In this document: positions 10,172 to 19,997 of the stretch, piece by piece
How positions within the stretch are numbered: the stretch's first letter is position 1
Layout: every line of letters starts with the position of its first letter
NCBI GenBank assembly: GCA_004431415.1
Contig: QPMI01000395.1
Location: 186,001-250,000, forward strand
Source of the DNA: Cyanophora paradoxa CCMP329
Lineage: Eukaryota; Plantae; Glaucophyta
Reading direction: 5' to 3'
DNA: 64,000 bases
Position numbers and translations under genes: made by a program
The notes under the pieces: generated by a model
Told to the model about the DNA's origin: nothing
Seen by the model: only the letters and a program-made list of their open reading frames with translations
Database searches by the model: none

Positions 10172-12586
10172 TTACGCTTCTATATCATCCTCATCTTCGT
10201 CTTCGAACTGTGTCTTGGCGATCTTAGTGAGCCCCTTATAAACTCGCTTCGCCTTTCCTTTAATTGTTGTGACAGTAGATTCAATCTTGAATGTTTCATA
10301 CACTTTATTACTGATAGAGCGAGTGGTAACCTTCTTTTTGATATCGTAGTTTCGCATCATATCCGCGCAAGCTTTGAATACCTCATCGCAGGCAACATGG
10401 GCACCCTTTTCCTCTGACAGCTTATAGTTTTCGCGCAGATAGGAACCCACTTTATCGCTGTCGTCGAGATATTTGGCGCTATGCTCGATGACCGATTGCG
10501 GCGGGTTTTTCAGGATCTCTTTTACTTTGCCAGTGGCGAGCATATCGATGAGAATCTGAATATTTGCTCGCTTGTAAACATTTTTCTCGTCGCCCTCAAA
10601 CATTTCCATAAGGGTTTCATCCGCTTTCTTCTCTCCGGCTTTGGGATTAGGTGAGTAAACAGAGCGGAATGGGATCGATCTGAACCGGCGCTTTATAGCA
10701 TTGTCGGGCAAATCGATTTCCAAATTATTATTGCACAGGATCACCATGGTAAACCGTGGTTTGAAATCAATAGGATCCCTGAAAAGTCCACGTGCTGTGC
10801 AGAGATCGCCACCTGTTAGTTCCTTCATCATCCCACACAGAATCTTATCGCCATCGTTGGGTTCGTTTGAGTGGGTGAGCCGGACACCTTGCTTATTAGC
10901 AAGCTCGGGAATCGGGCTATTCGCTTTGTGGGGCTGTGTGAGCAAAGTAATGCTAATCGGGCGACCATAATCGCCGAATGTCTCTTGCATAAACGTTTCA
11001 ATCACACTCTTTCCATTAGCACCGACGCCTGTGAACAGATAGAACGTTTGCAGGTCGGTTTTACCTGTGAGTGCATATGCATAGAGGCTGATCAGGTAAT
11101 TGTAGAGTTCCATATCTCCGCCACAGATATCCAAATAAATGTCTTTCAGTCTTTTAACCTTCTCCTGATCCACTTCCTCGCTATAATCAAAGCCGACAGT
11201 CTTGCTCACCATATCTTCCATCGTCCCCTTGCGGAAAGTCATATTATTTAGATCAAACACGCCATTGGTAAACCCCACAATATTGGGAACTGTGTCCAGA
11301 GTCGCCATAAAGTCATCGTCTTGCAGCTGTGTGATAATATGCGGTTCCAGCGACTTTTGATACGGTGTATTCTGAATCCTCTTGTGAATTGCCAGCAACA
11401 TATGGGCGCTTTTCTCAGCCTTTTCCTTCACAAGATCATCTCCACTTGCACTAACAGCATTGGAAAGATGATATCCCGCCCTCTTAAAGAACCACTGTGC
11501 CACATGCTCGGGGATCTTAGAGAGTATCGACTTGTCCGTTTTGTCATATTTCCAGATACCATTTTTGGGGTTAAGGTTAAACCAGACATCATTTGAATAT
11601 TTTGTGGTCGCTTTCAGGATCTTGGCGCAGATGATTGCAACAGGATAATGGGCACCTTCAACTGAAACGGTCTTGTCAATGAGAGTGTTAATTTCTAAAT
11701 GGTGTTTCTCTTCCTCGGTCAGCTCTATGTTAACCGAGAACTCTTTCGGCTCGCAGTTCTCGCTATAACTCTTCACAATATACTCATTATACTTGCCATC
11801 TCGCTTTTTCTTCACCCACCAGTTATTGGAATCGTGGGATTCATCGCAGCAGGGACACAGGAACCCCTTGTTAGCCGAATTAAAGTCAAAGCCCTCATCG
11901 CGGCGTGCATAGATGTTTGGGAATAGGAACCCCATGCCACACAGCCCGGCAATAATAGCAGCTTCGGTATTATCCTTGCTCGAATTTCCCGCTTTCGGCT
12001 GTGGATTATTGGCATGCTTGTAATCGTAGTTCTCAATAATCCATTTACGAAAAGCGTCGGAGGGCTCGTTAAACTTGCACGACGATGCCCACGGCTTAAT
12101 TACCCAGGTCTTATTAGGGCTTGGACATACATTGAGAAGTCCCGAAGTGCCAGTGCCAGTGATGGTTTTGAGGTCGACCTTCTTGTATTCCTTAAAAGCC
12201 GGCGCGCTATCTGTGATTTTCAGCTTATCGAACTCATCAGGGCGTCGAAAGAATACATGGTAGCCCTTTCGAGTCTTTTCGAGCGGCTGATGGGCATCGA
12301 AATCATCGGGAAACATCTCAACGAATTTCTGATACGTTTCCTCATCGTCGAAATCAACGACCATCATCGAATTCGACAGCAGAATGCCCCAATTAGTGAA
12401 CTCGTTGGAAGCAAAGGCTTCGTCGTATCTTCCCCAGTTCCAAACACCGCCTTTATGGGTGTAGGCGGGCTTTTTAACCTCGTCTTTCATGGGAATAATC
12501 GTGTTTTTCGACAAGGTCTCATCGCCACGCAGCCAATCAGCGAGCTCTTGGAGTAAAGTCTTTTGTTTCAACGTCATCTTCGCCAT
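10172..12586 (-). CDS. PrimPol (AEP) primase fused to D5-like SF3 helicase
   Basis: PrimPol motifs NWGILL..MVVDFDD and EKTRKGYHVFF. Zn-binding CPCC..H..C. D5_N-like VGFTNGVFDL. Walker A GVGANGKS, Walker B HSNE, MKELTGGD...ARGLF and motif C ILCNN. C-terminal winged-helix-like region. Confidence 0.93.
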   Translation of the reverse strand: MAKMTLKQKTLLQELADWLRGDETLSKNTIIPMKDEVKKPAYTHKGGVWNWGRYDEAFASNEFTNWGILLSNSMMVVDFDDEETYQKFVEMFPDDFDAHQPLEKTRKGYHVFFRRPDEFDKLKITDSAPAFKEYKKVDLKTITGTGTSGLLNVCPSPNKTWVIKPWASSCKFNEPSDAFRKWIIENYDYKHANNPQPKAGNSSKDNTEAAIIAGLCGMGFLFPNIYARRDEGFDFNSANKGFLCPCCDESHDSNNWWVKKKRDGKYNEYIVKSYSENCEPKEFSVNIELTEEEKHHLEINTLIDKTVSVEGAHYPVAIICAKILKATTKYSNDVWFNLNPKNGIWKYDKTDKSILSKIPEHVAQWFFKRAGYHLSNAVSASGDDLVKEKAEKSAHMLLAIHKRIQNTPYQKSLEPHIITQLQDDDFMATLDTVPNIVGFTNGVFDLNNMTFRKGTMEDMVSKTVGFDYSEEVDQEKVKRLKDIYLDICGGDMELYNYLISLYAYALTGKTDLQTFYLFTGVGANGKSVIETFMQETFGDYGRPISITLLTQPHKANSPIPELANKQGVRLTHSNEPNDGDKILCGMMKELTGGDLCTARGLFRDPIDFKPRFTMVILCNNNLEIDLPDNAIKRRFRSIPFRSVYSPNPKAGEKKADETLMEMFEGDEKNVYKRANIQILIDMLATGKVKEILKNPPQSVIEHSAKYLDDSDKVGSYLRENYKLSEEKGAHVACDEVFKACADMMRNYDIKKKVTTRSISNKVYETFKIESTVTTIKGKAKRVYKGLTKIAKTQFEDEDEDDIEA

Positions 12587-12768
12587 TTTCGATGTCTTTC
12601 TACCTTAATGCAAGAAATTAATTTTTCTTAGGCTGATCAAATTTTGGCGAGTTGTCTTTAAATGCCCTACAAATTTTTTCCCGATGACTAAAAACGATTG
12701 GGGAGCTTGCCGATATGCATCGGAAAGCCGCTTGAAAAATAAGGAATGGATTCAGCGGCGGATTGCGT

Positions 12769-12990
12769 TTAATACTTGCGGGGTCGCCCGCGGTTTCCAC
12801 TGTGAATGCCCTCTTCTTGCTTGCGACGGTAGTAATATTCCAGCGCCTTTTTCTTTTTTAATTCGCGATATTCGGGATCGTCGTTATAGCGCATCCGCTG
12901 TTTATATATATCCCTGACACGCCAGCCCGCCTTATCGAGATCTACCGGGTTCCCGTTCTTATCATACACAGTCATAGCATGCGTCTCCAT
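12769..12990 (-). CDS. Small basic DNA-binding protein with AT-hook-like RGRPRK
   Basis: 73 aa, DPEYRELKKKKALEYYYRRK...GNRGRPRKY. Preceded by the shared upstream motif. Confidence 0.6.
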   Translation of the reverse strand: METHAMTVYDKNGNPVDLDKAGWRVRDIYKQRMRYNDDPEYRELKKKKALEYYYRRKQEEGIHSGNRGRPRKY

Positions 12991-12994
12991 TGGT

Positions 12995-13180
12995 TTACCT
13001 TACTTTAAGCTGAGAAAATATTTTTATCAGTGGTCTTTCCTGTTTCTTCTTTAAATCATTTTCTGAGCTGTCATTTTTTGTGACCGAAGCGAGCTCTTCT
13101 CTACGTTTTTTAATAGCGGCTTCCAGTGCATATTGCGCGCATTTCCTGTATAGGATCGCGTAGAGATCAGGGTCGGGCAT
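12995..13180 (-). CDS. Small hypothetical protein
   Basis: 61-aa ATG ORF co-oriented with its neighbours. Confidence 0.35.
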   Translation of the reverse strand: MPDPDLYAILYRKCAQYALEAAIKKRREELASVTKNDSSENDLKKKQERPLIKIFSQLKVR

Positions 13181-13207
13181 TCGATACTATTTACCGCGAA
13201 AATTGTT

Positions 13208-13555
13208 TCAGCGATCGTATTCGCCCAAATAAAGCGGATTAATTGGCGGATATGGCGAATCAACGCGAATATGACCTTCTACGAAATTAGGGCACGACCG
13301 GCGTCGTATATAGGATACTTGCACGTCTTCTATTGCTACCTGTGGGATTATATTGGAGTCAGCGGGCACAGGCGAGGGCGATCGGGATCGTGGGCGATCG
13401 TGATTATCGCTGTGGTTGGAATATACAGATAATCGCCTACCTCCATTGTCCTCGTCCGAAATGTCAACCTCTACGGTTGTGTCGCAGCATCCGGACTTAC
13501 AGTGAGATATGAAATGCAGGTGAAACATCTCAATGCATTGCGTGATGAAATTCAT
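13208..13555 (-). CDS. Hypothetical protein
   Basis: 115-aa ATG ORF with an HCKSGCC motif and an RS-rich stretch. Confidence 0.45.
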   Translation of the reverse strand: MNFITQCIEMFHLHFISHCKSGCCDTTVEVDISDEDNGGRRLSVYSNHSDNHDRPRSRSPSPVPADSNIIPQVAIEDVQVSYIRRRSCPNFVEGHIRVDSPYPPINPLYLGEYDR

Positions 13556-13604
13556 AGATCCTAATATTGCACAACGTATTAAATATTGGAGAAAAGAAAA
13601 GGGA

Positions 13605-13784
13605 ATGAGGGTGTTACTTGCTCGTGTGTTCCCATACGAATTAGTCGACCTTATAATGGTGTTTGTGGAGCCGACTTGTCCCTATTGCAAGGGAATTCAT
13701 ATAAAGACCCGCTCTAAATACGGGCGGATTCATTTATGTTTGAACGACTTGCACATTAGAAGCGACGACGCCCACCAAACATAG
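13605..13784 (+). CDS. Small protein with F-box-like and CxxC motifs
   Basis: MRVLLARVFPYELVDLIMVFVEPTCPYC... FPYELVDLIM resembles the F-box LPxExxxxI motif. A-rich leader before ATG 13605. Confidence 0.35.
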   Translation: MRVLLARVFPYELVDLIMVFVEPTCPYCKGIHIKTRSKYGRIHLCLNDLHIRSDDAHQT

Positions 13785-14427
13785 ATGACAGATTGGCACC
13801 CGGCTGTGCATGCACACCCGACGGGTTAACGAAACCGCCCGGCTTTGGTGCATTTTCAGCTATGACTGTCTCTTTTCTTTCGACTGTCTGAATATCGGGA
13901 ACAGTTGCCCGCTTCTTTTCCATTTCCACGCGAACAGCTTGTTTAATCAGCTTGCGCTGTTTATAGTCCTTAGTGAAATCATCAAAGGCTCGCACAGTAG
14001 TGTCGTAGGTAGCCAGTCGCGCTTCGAGCGCCCTAAACTTCTCCTCTAATTCCTGACCGACTTTCTCGCCCTTGGTCACATATACTGATGCCCGCTTTTT
14101 AGGGGCTTCCATCGATGCAGGTAAAGCGGCTGTTGCTTCGGCTTTTACCACCTTATTATCGGTTAGCTTTTCGCCTGTGAGCTGTGATTCAGCGAGGGAT
14201 TGATCCGCCAGCTTTCTATCAGTGGAATCGACCGGCTCCCGCTTAGCATCCACCTTTTGAGCACGCTCTGAAACCTTTGTATTCGGGTCAATCAGATCGA
14301 AATCTATTTGATCAGAAGCGGCAGCACCGCCAGTGCGACCGGCATCCTCCGCAGGATTAATCTTGCCAGCGACAACAGCGCTTTGATCTTCCATTTGGAT
14401 CGCTTTCCGCGAGTTCTTGGGTGGCAT
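13756..14427 (-). CDS. Hypothetical charged/coiled-coil protein in the morphogenesis block
   Basis: 223-aa ATG ORF directly after the ATPase, with a central coiled-coil-like segment and the shared upstream motif. Confidence 0.65.
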   Translation of the reverse strand: MPPKNSRKAIQMEDQSAVVAGKINPAEDAGRTGGAAASDQIDFDLIDPNTKVSERAQKVDAKREPVDSTDRKLADQSLAESQLTGEKLTDNKVVKAEATAALPASMEAPKKRASVYVTKGEKVGQELEEKFRALEARLATYDTTVRAFDDFTKDYKQRKLIKQAVRVEMEKKRATVPDIQTVERKETVIAENAPKPGGFVNPSGVHAQPGANLSSMFGGRRRF

Positions 14428-14450
14428 TTATCATTATGCGAGAAATTTAT

Positions 14451-15362
14451 TCAAAATTTACCCAATTTGTTCGCAAATTTTGGGCGGCGCTTTTCTTGGT
14501 ATGCCAGCAATAGATTGGGGTCTTTAAGTAGGTCGGCTTCGATTATTCTTTTGGTGGATCGCTTTAAGGTGGCGACGTTTCCACTCACAGGTTTCGTTAT
14601 ATCGGTGGTTTGGGGTTGGTCGCCATTTACCTCTGTGGAGCTCTGTTTTACCGGCTGTTTACCAGCGGGCTTTATCTCTTCCACCGCTTTTTTAAAGAAC
14701 CGCTTGAATTTATATTCGTCAGGCACCGGATCAGCCTTGCCCACAGAGAATTCCAGGCTATATTTCGAGTTGTCAATGCAGATAACCTGATAGCTGTGAC
14801 TGTATTCGTTCATCACCTTCTCAAACCAATGCTTTTCGTATGGATTAAACTCGTCCTCAGCACTCTCCATCTCTTTTCTGTTGGGCAGCGAGAATAGAAA
14901 GATATATTCGGAGTTAACCCTAAGTGTCGGCGAAATCTTAGTGAGTTTTTGTGACAGAATCCACACAGATATGAATAAATGGCGCCCCGACGTGAATAGC
15001 TGATTTAATATAGGTTCACCTCTTCCTGACATCGAAAGACTTGGATTGTCAATGAAATCATCGAGTATGATTAACAGGTTACCGACTTTCTCCTTTTTCT
15101 TGATTCGCTCCTTGCGTTTCTGTATTATATTGTCGATCAGCTTATGATCGAAATCCTCATACAAATACGATGTGACATTGTCATATTGATGGTTCCAGAT
15201 CGTGGAAGCGAATATCATCACCGAATCTATCTTGTCCTCGTTGTGGTAAAGCAGGTATTTTAAGAATACTGACTTACCTACTCCCTTTTTTCCGACAGCA
15301 AGTAAACGGCAAGGGAATGAAAGACTTGCCGGGTCAAACTCACTCAGATCTTGTATATCCAT
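14451..15362 (-). CDS. A32-like (FtsK/HerA) genome packaging ATPase
   Basis: Walker A GKKGVGKS, Walker B LLIILDD, GRH arginine finger, WILSQK and LRVNSEY. Likely start is ATG 15362 (MDIQD). Confidence 0.94.
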   Translation of the reverse strand: MDIQDLSEFDPASLSFPCRLLAVGKKGVGKSVFLKYLLYHNEDKIDSVMIFASTIWNHQYDNVTSYLYEDFDHKLIDNIIQKRKERIKKKEKVGNLLIILDDFIDNPSLSMSGRGEPILNQLFTSGRHLFISVWILSQKLTKISPTLRVNSEYIFLFSLPNRKEMESAEDEFNPYEKHWFEKVMNEYSHSYQVICIDNSKYSLEFSVGKADPVPDEYKFKRFFKKAVEEIKPAGKQPVKQSSTEVNGDQPQTTDITKPVSGNVATLKRSTKRIIEADLLKDPNLLLAYQEKRRPKFANKLGKF

Positions 15363-15411
15363 TTCCCTTATTAGAAAGATATAAAAATTACGAAACGCCA
15401 CAGCCCTCTAT

Positions 15412-16134
15412 TTACTCAACATCATTGAGGATCGCTTTATCACCGAGAATTTCTTTGGCTTTTGAGTTGTAGAAAAGTGCAGCCTCCTCCTTTGTGTTGC
15501 ACACTTTTCTCCACCGCTGTTTCTTATATGAAAAGCATCCTTCCCATTTTCCAGTCGCTGTTTCAGTTACACCACGAAATCCACTTGTATTCAGTGAGTA
15601 AAGAGGAGGTTTTGGTTTAATTTCAGGGTTTACCTCGTTCAAAACAGCAAGATCTCCAAATAGCTCTTTTGCTTTTTGGTTGTAAGCGGCAGCAGCTTCT
15701 TCTTTTGTATCAAACGTTCCCAAATTGTATGGGACACCACTTTTTTGAATATTTGCCCTGAACCGACCGGTTCTTTTCTCTTGGAAAACACCTTTGAAAC
15801 CAGTTTTGTTTCGTTTTCTCATACCTGTATTAAATACGCTGTCTTGCGGTGTTAAGAATCTAAGATTACAGCGACGATTATCGAGTTTGTCTCTACTGAT
15901 ATGATCAACAAAGTGCCCTTGTTGATGTCCGAAAATCCATTTGTGCATGTCGATGTTTTTCTTTACACCAGCAATGTAACCCCATGCATATCCCCGTTGG
16001 TTATGGTAATACCACTTGCTTATTTTCATGACATGATCATAATCGGCTTCATCTATAAGCGCATACTTGCCCTCGCCATGCTTTCCACACAAAGCGATTC
16101 GCCTGATCCCTTCCATTTGTTCGAGATACGCCAT
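15412..16134 (-). CDS. Free-standing HNH-AP2 homing endonuclease
   Basis: YALIDEADY, MHKWIF, VDHISRDKLDNRRCNLR (HNH), and two AP2-like domains (TGFKGV...LGTFDTKEEAAAAYNQKAKELFG; SGFRGV...KEEAALFYNSKAKEILG). Confidence 0.92.
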   Translation of the reverse strand: MAYLEQMEGIRRIALCGKHGEGKYALIDEADYDHVMKISKWYYHNQRGYAWGYIAGVKKNIDMHKWIFGHQQGHFVDHISRDKLDNRRCNLRFLTPQDSVFNTGMRKRNKTGFKGVFQEKRTGRFRANIQKSGVPYNLGTFDTKEEAAAAYNQKAKELFGDLAVLNEVNPEIKPKPPLYSLNTSGFRGVTETATGKWEGCFSYKKQRWRKVCNTKEEAALFYNSKAKEILGDKAILNDVE

Positions 16135-16208
16135 TAAATCTTATAATCGTCTTGTCCTTAAATAGACAAAGGATTAAAAATGACATCAAATTTTGCCCGC
16201 GACAGTCC

Positions 16209-17657
16209 TCATGCCGTCACGCGAGACAATCCATTGGCATTCATCACAAGAATATTGTGGCAGTAAGCCGAGATCTGAACACCGACCTTTGTCCAGGTGG
16301 CGAGGGGTGTGCCATTGGGTGTGAGCAGCAGGAAGCTCGACGCGGATTGTGTTAGATCGACGTAGCCAGTCGCCTTCTCACCTTTGAGCGCCGCTTTACC
16401 ATCGAGGGCAAAGCAGAAGCCAGTGTAAATGGGGCGCTTGTTGCTATCGATCCAGTTGGTCATCTTGAATTTATCGGCGAGCTCCATAGCCGCAGATTGC
16501 AGCGGGACACCAGTGTTAGAATATAAGTAATTGTTGTTATTTAGAACTTGCATCACGACATTATCATCGAAGGCAAGGGTGCGGACAGTAGAGTGCCCTC
16601 CTTTATTATCGCCGAGTGCATTTTCGTCGCGAATCTTGACAACAAGTGCGTAAACAAGTCCAGAAATTTGAGATAGTGACAGGCGGAGACCGGAGCCGAG
16701 AGCTTGACCGGTATAATCCGCAAACTGAATATCAGTGTATGGGATGGCGATGCCAGAGGTCTTAACACGAGTAATGATTTCGCCCATCGTTTCCTCATCG
16801 ATGTTAACAGCATCCATAATAAGACGAGGGGTCGTCATTTCCAGATTCGCAAGTGCAGGTGTAGGTGTGAGAGCCGCACTATCGAAAATCGCAGTGGCAT
16901 TAGGGTGGGCTAAGGTCTTAATATTTCCGAAAGCAGCCGCAACAGCAAGCGTCGTCTCGCCATCAGTCGAATTGGCAGCAGTAATTGCAGTCGTGTTATT
17001 CTGAGCGTAAACGCCAGGAACCGCCGCAGTTTCGAGCAGCGCAGGGGTTTGGAAATATACTTCGACCGCGATTTCGGATGGGAGCGCACCGATGGGCACG
17101 CCAGCATCGAGGAAGCTTGGAATTCGCATGGTAAAAATGCCGCCAGCTTGGTTGCCGCCCTCTACCTTCGGTCCGAGATGTAGCCCATGCTTGCGCTTCT
17201 TTTGATCGAATTCAGCCGGAGTGTTAGCCAGGAAAGCGTAATCTACCAGTCGCTCAGCCGGAATAATTTGCTCATACGACCCGTATTTAATGCTGACTCG
17301 CTGAACAAACGAGCCAGGAAGCCCGCGGACGAATCCAGTATTGAATAGATCAGCCGAGCAGTCAGCAGAGGTCTTGGCGATGGCAGTCAGCGCCTTCGCC
17401 GATGGGATGGTAACTTGGAGGCTAATACCATTGCACCAATTGTAGCGAGGGAGATAGAAGACCACACGAGTGGTAGCACCAGTAGAGGAGAACAGATTGC
17501 CGGGATCCGCAATTGGGAGCACCTCCACACGAGAAGGCTTGAATTGTTTGTCCACACCCACGATAAATCCGCGATCCAAAAGCATGCTCTTGTAATCCTC
17601 CGGGGTTTCGAGGACGGATTTGAGCGTGAGGCGGCTAAGCGAGGTCGTGGGATCCAT
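16209..17657 (-). CDS. Major capsid protein (double jelly-roll, PLV type)
   Basis: 482 aa, beta-rich, located between the penton and ATPase genes. Segments VVFYLPR, FVQRVSIKYGS and IPIGALPSEIAVEVYFQ and the C-terminal AYCHNILVM fit a PLV MCP layout. Confidence 0.8.
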   Translation of the reverse strand: MDPTTSLSRLTLKSVLETPEDYKSMLLDRGFIVGVDKQFKPSRVEVLPIADPGNLFSSTGATTRVVFYLPRYNWCNGISLQVTIPSAKALTAIAKTSADCSADLFNTGFVRGLPGSFVQRVSIKYGSYEQIIPAERLVDYAFLANTPAEFDQKKRKHGLHLGPKVEGGNQAGGIFTMRIPSFLDAGVPIGALPSEIAVEVYFQTPALLETAAVPGVYAQNNTTAITAANSTDGETTLAVAAAFGNIKTLAHPNATAIFDSAALTPTPALANLEMTTPRLIMDAVNIDEETMGEIITRVKTSGIAIPYTDIQFADYTGQALGSGLRLSLSQISGLVYALVVKIRDENALGDNKGGHSTVRTLAFDDNVVMQVLNNNNYLYSNTGVPLQSAAMELADKFKMTNWIDSNKRPIYTGFCFALDGKAALKGEKATGYVDLTQSASSFLLLTPNGTPLATWTKVGVQISAYCHNILVMNANGLSRVTA

Positions 17658-17690
17658 ATTTCGTTTTTATCTTCCGCTGAGAAATTTATT

Positions 17691-18977
17691 TTAGAAGAAC
17701 GGATTATTTTTTACAGCCACCCCGCTCAACGCATTCGTTAAATTGCCGCAATGCGGGTAGTCCTCATAGAGCATTTTCGCGAATCCCTTATTAACAATGC
17801 GCTGTAAATCGTCGTCGGGCTCATCCACTCCCATAGTAATTTCCAAAATGAATGTGTGCTCGCAGCTTCCGAGGAAATACCTATAACCGCTCTCCGTGAG
17901 AATTTGCACAGTTAAACTATCAAACGAAAGGCGCGTGTTAAAGTATTTCGTGAAAGCATCCGCCCCATAATTAATTAGCTCAGCATCAGCATAGGCTGTG
18001 CCTTTCGAAATCGGGATCTTAGCGAGGAATCCATTAGTAGCCTCGGTGCATGTCGTAAAAAGCGAGCAGTCCGGCTCTGTGATCTTTAAAACTATTGCAT
18101 TATCCGGTGTATAATCAGGGGCAGTGCCTCCGGCTATGCCTAAGACCAGAGCCGTCGAATTATAATTGCGGAATGCATCACCAGCTGAGTAAACGACACC
18201 GCTCCCAGCGAAGGCTGTGTAGCCCGATCCGTTGTATTGATCTATCATTATATTCTCTCTGATTGATGTAAACCCGAGAAGAGTCATCGTGCGATAGGCG
18301 AGCACCTTTCTCTCATTCGCAGTAGACCCAGTGGCATTACTCGGTCCATATTTCGTGAAAGCTATGTAGACATAATCACTCGAATAAAAGCATATGGCAT
18401 TTAATGTGCTCTCAAAACGACATCTCACCACCGGGTAAAAGGTTCCCCCTGTCGATGCGTAGCTTGGATTAATTTTTGTGTCGATCATATCCTTGATGTA
18501 GTTGCCAGTTCCATTTTTCGTTAAGATGTTATCGATTGCAGTGGCAAGGTCGGTTCCAGTCGAGTATGTGCCCGGAGGGATCGTAATTGCTACGTCTCTG
18601 TATCGGGTATATCTTCTGAAAGTGTTTAGGTAATCAGGCGGTATATAGTTGCCTTGGTCGCCAGCATCTATGGCTTTGTAAGCGTCATATATTGCAGTTG
18701 CCTGTGAATCTCTGATTTCCTGAGTGGCACCATTCAGCTGACCGCTCGAAAATCGGTAAGGAAATGATATGAAAATCGTATTAGCATCATCGGCTTTCGT
18801 TTCCCCGATCTCAGTATAGAATTGAGGGCTTGGAACCGTGGGAATCGTGTTGGAAAATTCGATCTGTCGCACAGCGATGCTCTTCACATTGTGGTATTGC
18901 TTTGGAAGGGTCACCTTATAGGAATGAGCCGAGCCCTCTGATCGATCACGGCTACTGATGCTGAGATACTCGCGCAT
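17691..18977 (-). CDS. Minor capsid (penton) protein 1, single jelly-roll with insertion
   Basis: N-terminal YLSISSRDR..YKVTLPKQYHNVKSIAVRQIEFSNT and C-terminal FLAKIPI...FDSLTVQILTESG...HTFILEI. True start is ATG 18977. Confidence 0.82.
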   Translation of the reverse strand: MREYLSISSRDRSEGSAHSYKVTLPKQYHNVKSIAVRQIEFSNTIPTVPSPQFYTEIGETKADDANTIFISFPYRFSSGQLNGATQEIRDSQATAIYDAYKAIDAGDQGNYIPPDYLNTFRRYTRYRDVAITIPPGTYSTGTDLATAIDNILTKNGTGNYIKDMIDTKINPSYASTGGTFYPVVRCRFESTLNAICFYSSDYVYIAFTKYGPSNATGSTANERKVLAYRTMTLLGFTSIRENIMIDQYNGSGYTAFAGSGVVYSAGDAFRNYNSTALVLGIAGGTAPDYTPDNAIVLKITEPDCSLFTTCTEATNGFLAKIPISKGTAYADAELINYGADAFTKYFNTRLSFDSLTVQILTESGYRYFLGSCEHTFILEITMGVDEPDDDLQRIVNKGFAKMLYEDYPHCGNLTNALSGVAVKNNPFF

Positions 18978-19004
18978 TTTATTCTTTATTAATAGGAAAT
19001 AAAA

Positions 19005-19979
19005 ATGATTCGGAAGCCAGTTAACGATTTCTATAATGGCAAGTTTACGAGGGTCAATGTTAATATCGATTCTATTGAGCGCAGTGCAGGGCACCCGGGA
19101 GAATATACAGTAAAGCTTTCTCAGCGACTTCTGAACGTAAAAGGGGTGCGCATTGCGAGCGCCGAGCTCCCAAACACGATTTATGCTGTCACCGATAATT
19201 CCAGAGGCGTGACCATACAGGGAATGACGAACAGCATCACCTTTTCCCCTTTCCCTGATATAGGAAACTACACCCCCGCGATTTGGGGATATGGTAATAA
19301 GAACTTAGGCTATTCGGGCAGCTTTGTAGATGTGGATCCTCTCACAAGCGAAAGCGTCACAGTCTACTACAAGTGGCTCTATAATCCAGCGACTATGAAA
19401 ATTACGTTTTATTCGAGCATTCCCCTCGCACTGAGCTGTGCATATGACGACTTTGCAAGGTTCCATGGAATGATCAAAGGGGATATGTATCAAACAATTC
19501 CAGTTGGTGAGGGTTCAGAGCATCTCACGGTAGACTATTTACCCCTCACACCCAGCAATCCAAAATACTCATTTCTACAAGCCTATGAGGGCAAAACAAA
19601 ATACCCCGCCGGAATATCTGTGCTTCCATTCCCTCTCGAACATGCAGTGACCTTCCCAAATGCGATTAATCTAAATCCGACCCCCTATGTTTACCTACAA
19701 ATTAAAGAGTTTACTCCCTTTTACGACAGGTATATGGTAGCAGCAAAGACAGATGAGGGCGGAAATGCAAACCTCGCTAAGATCCCACTAACCAGCCCCT
19801 TGGGATCGTTTGTTTACTACCTGACATTCCGCAGAATCGATACTGTGGAGTTCTTTAATTCCCACGATCAGGCTTATGACATAGACACCCTCACAATTAA
19901 ATGGCTCGACGCCTACAATAATGTAGTCAACTTTAATGGCGTTAATCACAGCTTTATATTAGAGGTGCTATCGGGTTAA
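19005..19979 (+). CDS. Minor capsid (penton) protein 2
   Basis: VNIDSIER..YTVKLSQRLLNVKGVRIASAELPNT...YVYLQIKE...LAKIPL...IDTLTIKWLDAYNNVVNFNGVNHSFILEV, typical penton-like termini. Confidence 0.86.
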   Translation: MIRKPVNDFYNGKFTRVNVNIDSIERSAGHPGEYTVKLSQRLLNVKGVRIASAELPNTIYAVTDNSRGVTIQGMTNSITFSPFPDIGNYTPAIWGYGNKNLGYSGSFVDVDPLTSESVTVYYKWLYNPATMKITFYSSIPLALSCAYDDFARFHGMIKGDMYQTIPVGEGSEHLTVDYLPLTPSNPKYSFLQAYEGKTKYPAGISVLPFPLEHAVTFPNAINLNPTPYVYLQIKEFTPFYDRYMVAAKTDEGGNANLAKIPLTSPLGSFVYYLTFRRIDTVEFFNSHDQAYDIDTLTIKWLDAYNNVVNFNGVNHSFILEVLSG

Positions 19980-19997
19980 AATAATCTTATATTACAA

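Noticed and set aside
18978-19094. N-terminal extension of penton 1 in the ORF track
   Set aside because: It starts at a non-ATG codon and overlaps penton 2 in antisense. ATG 18977 matches the paralogue's start.
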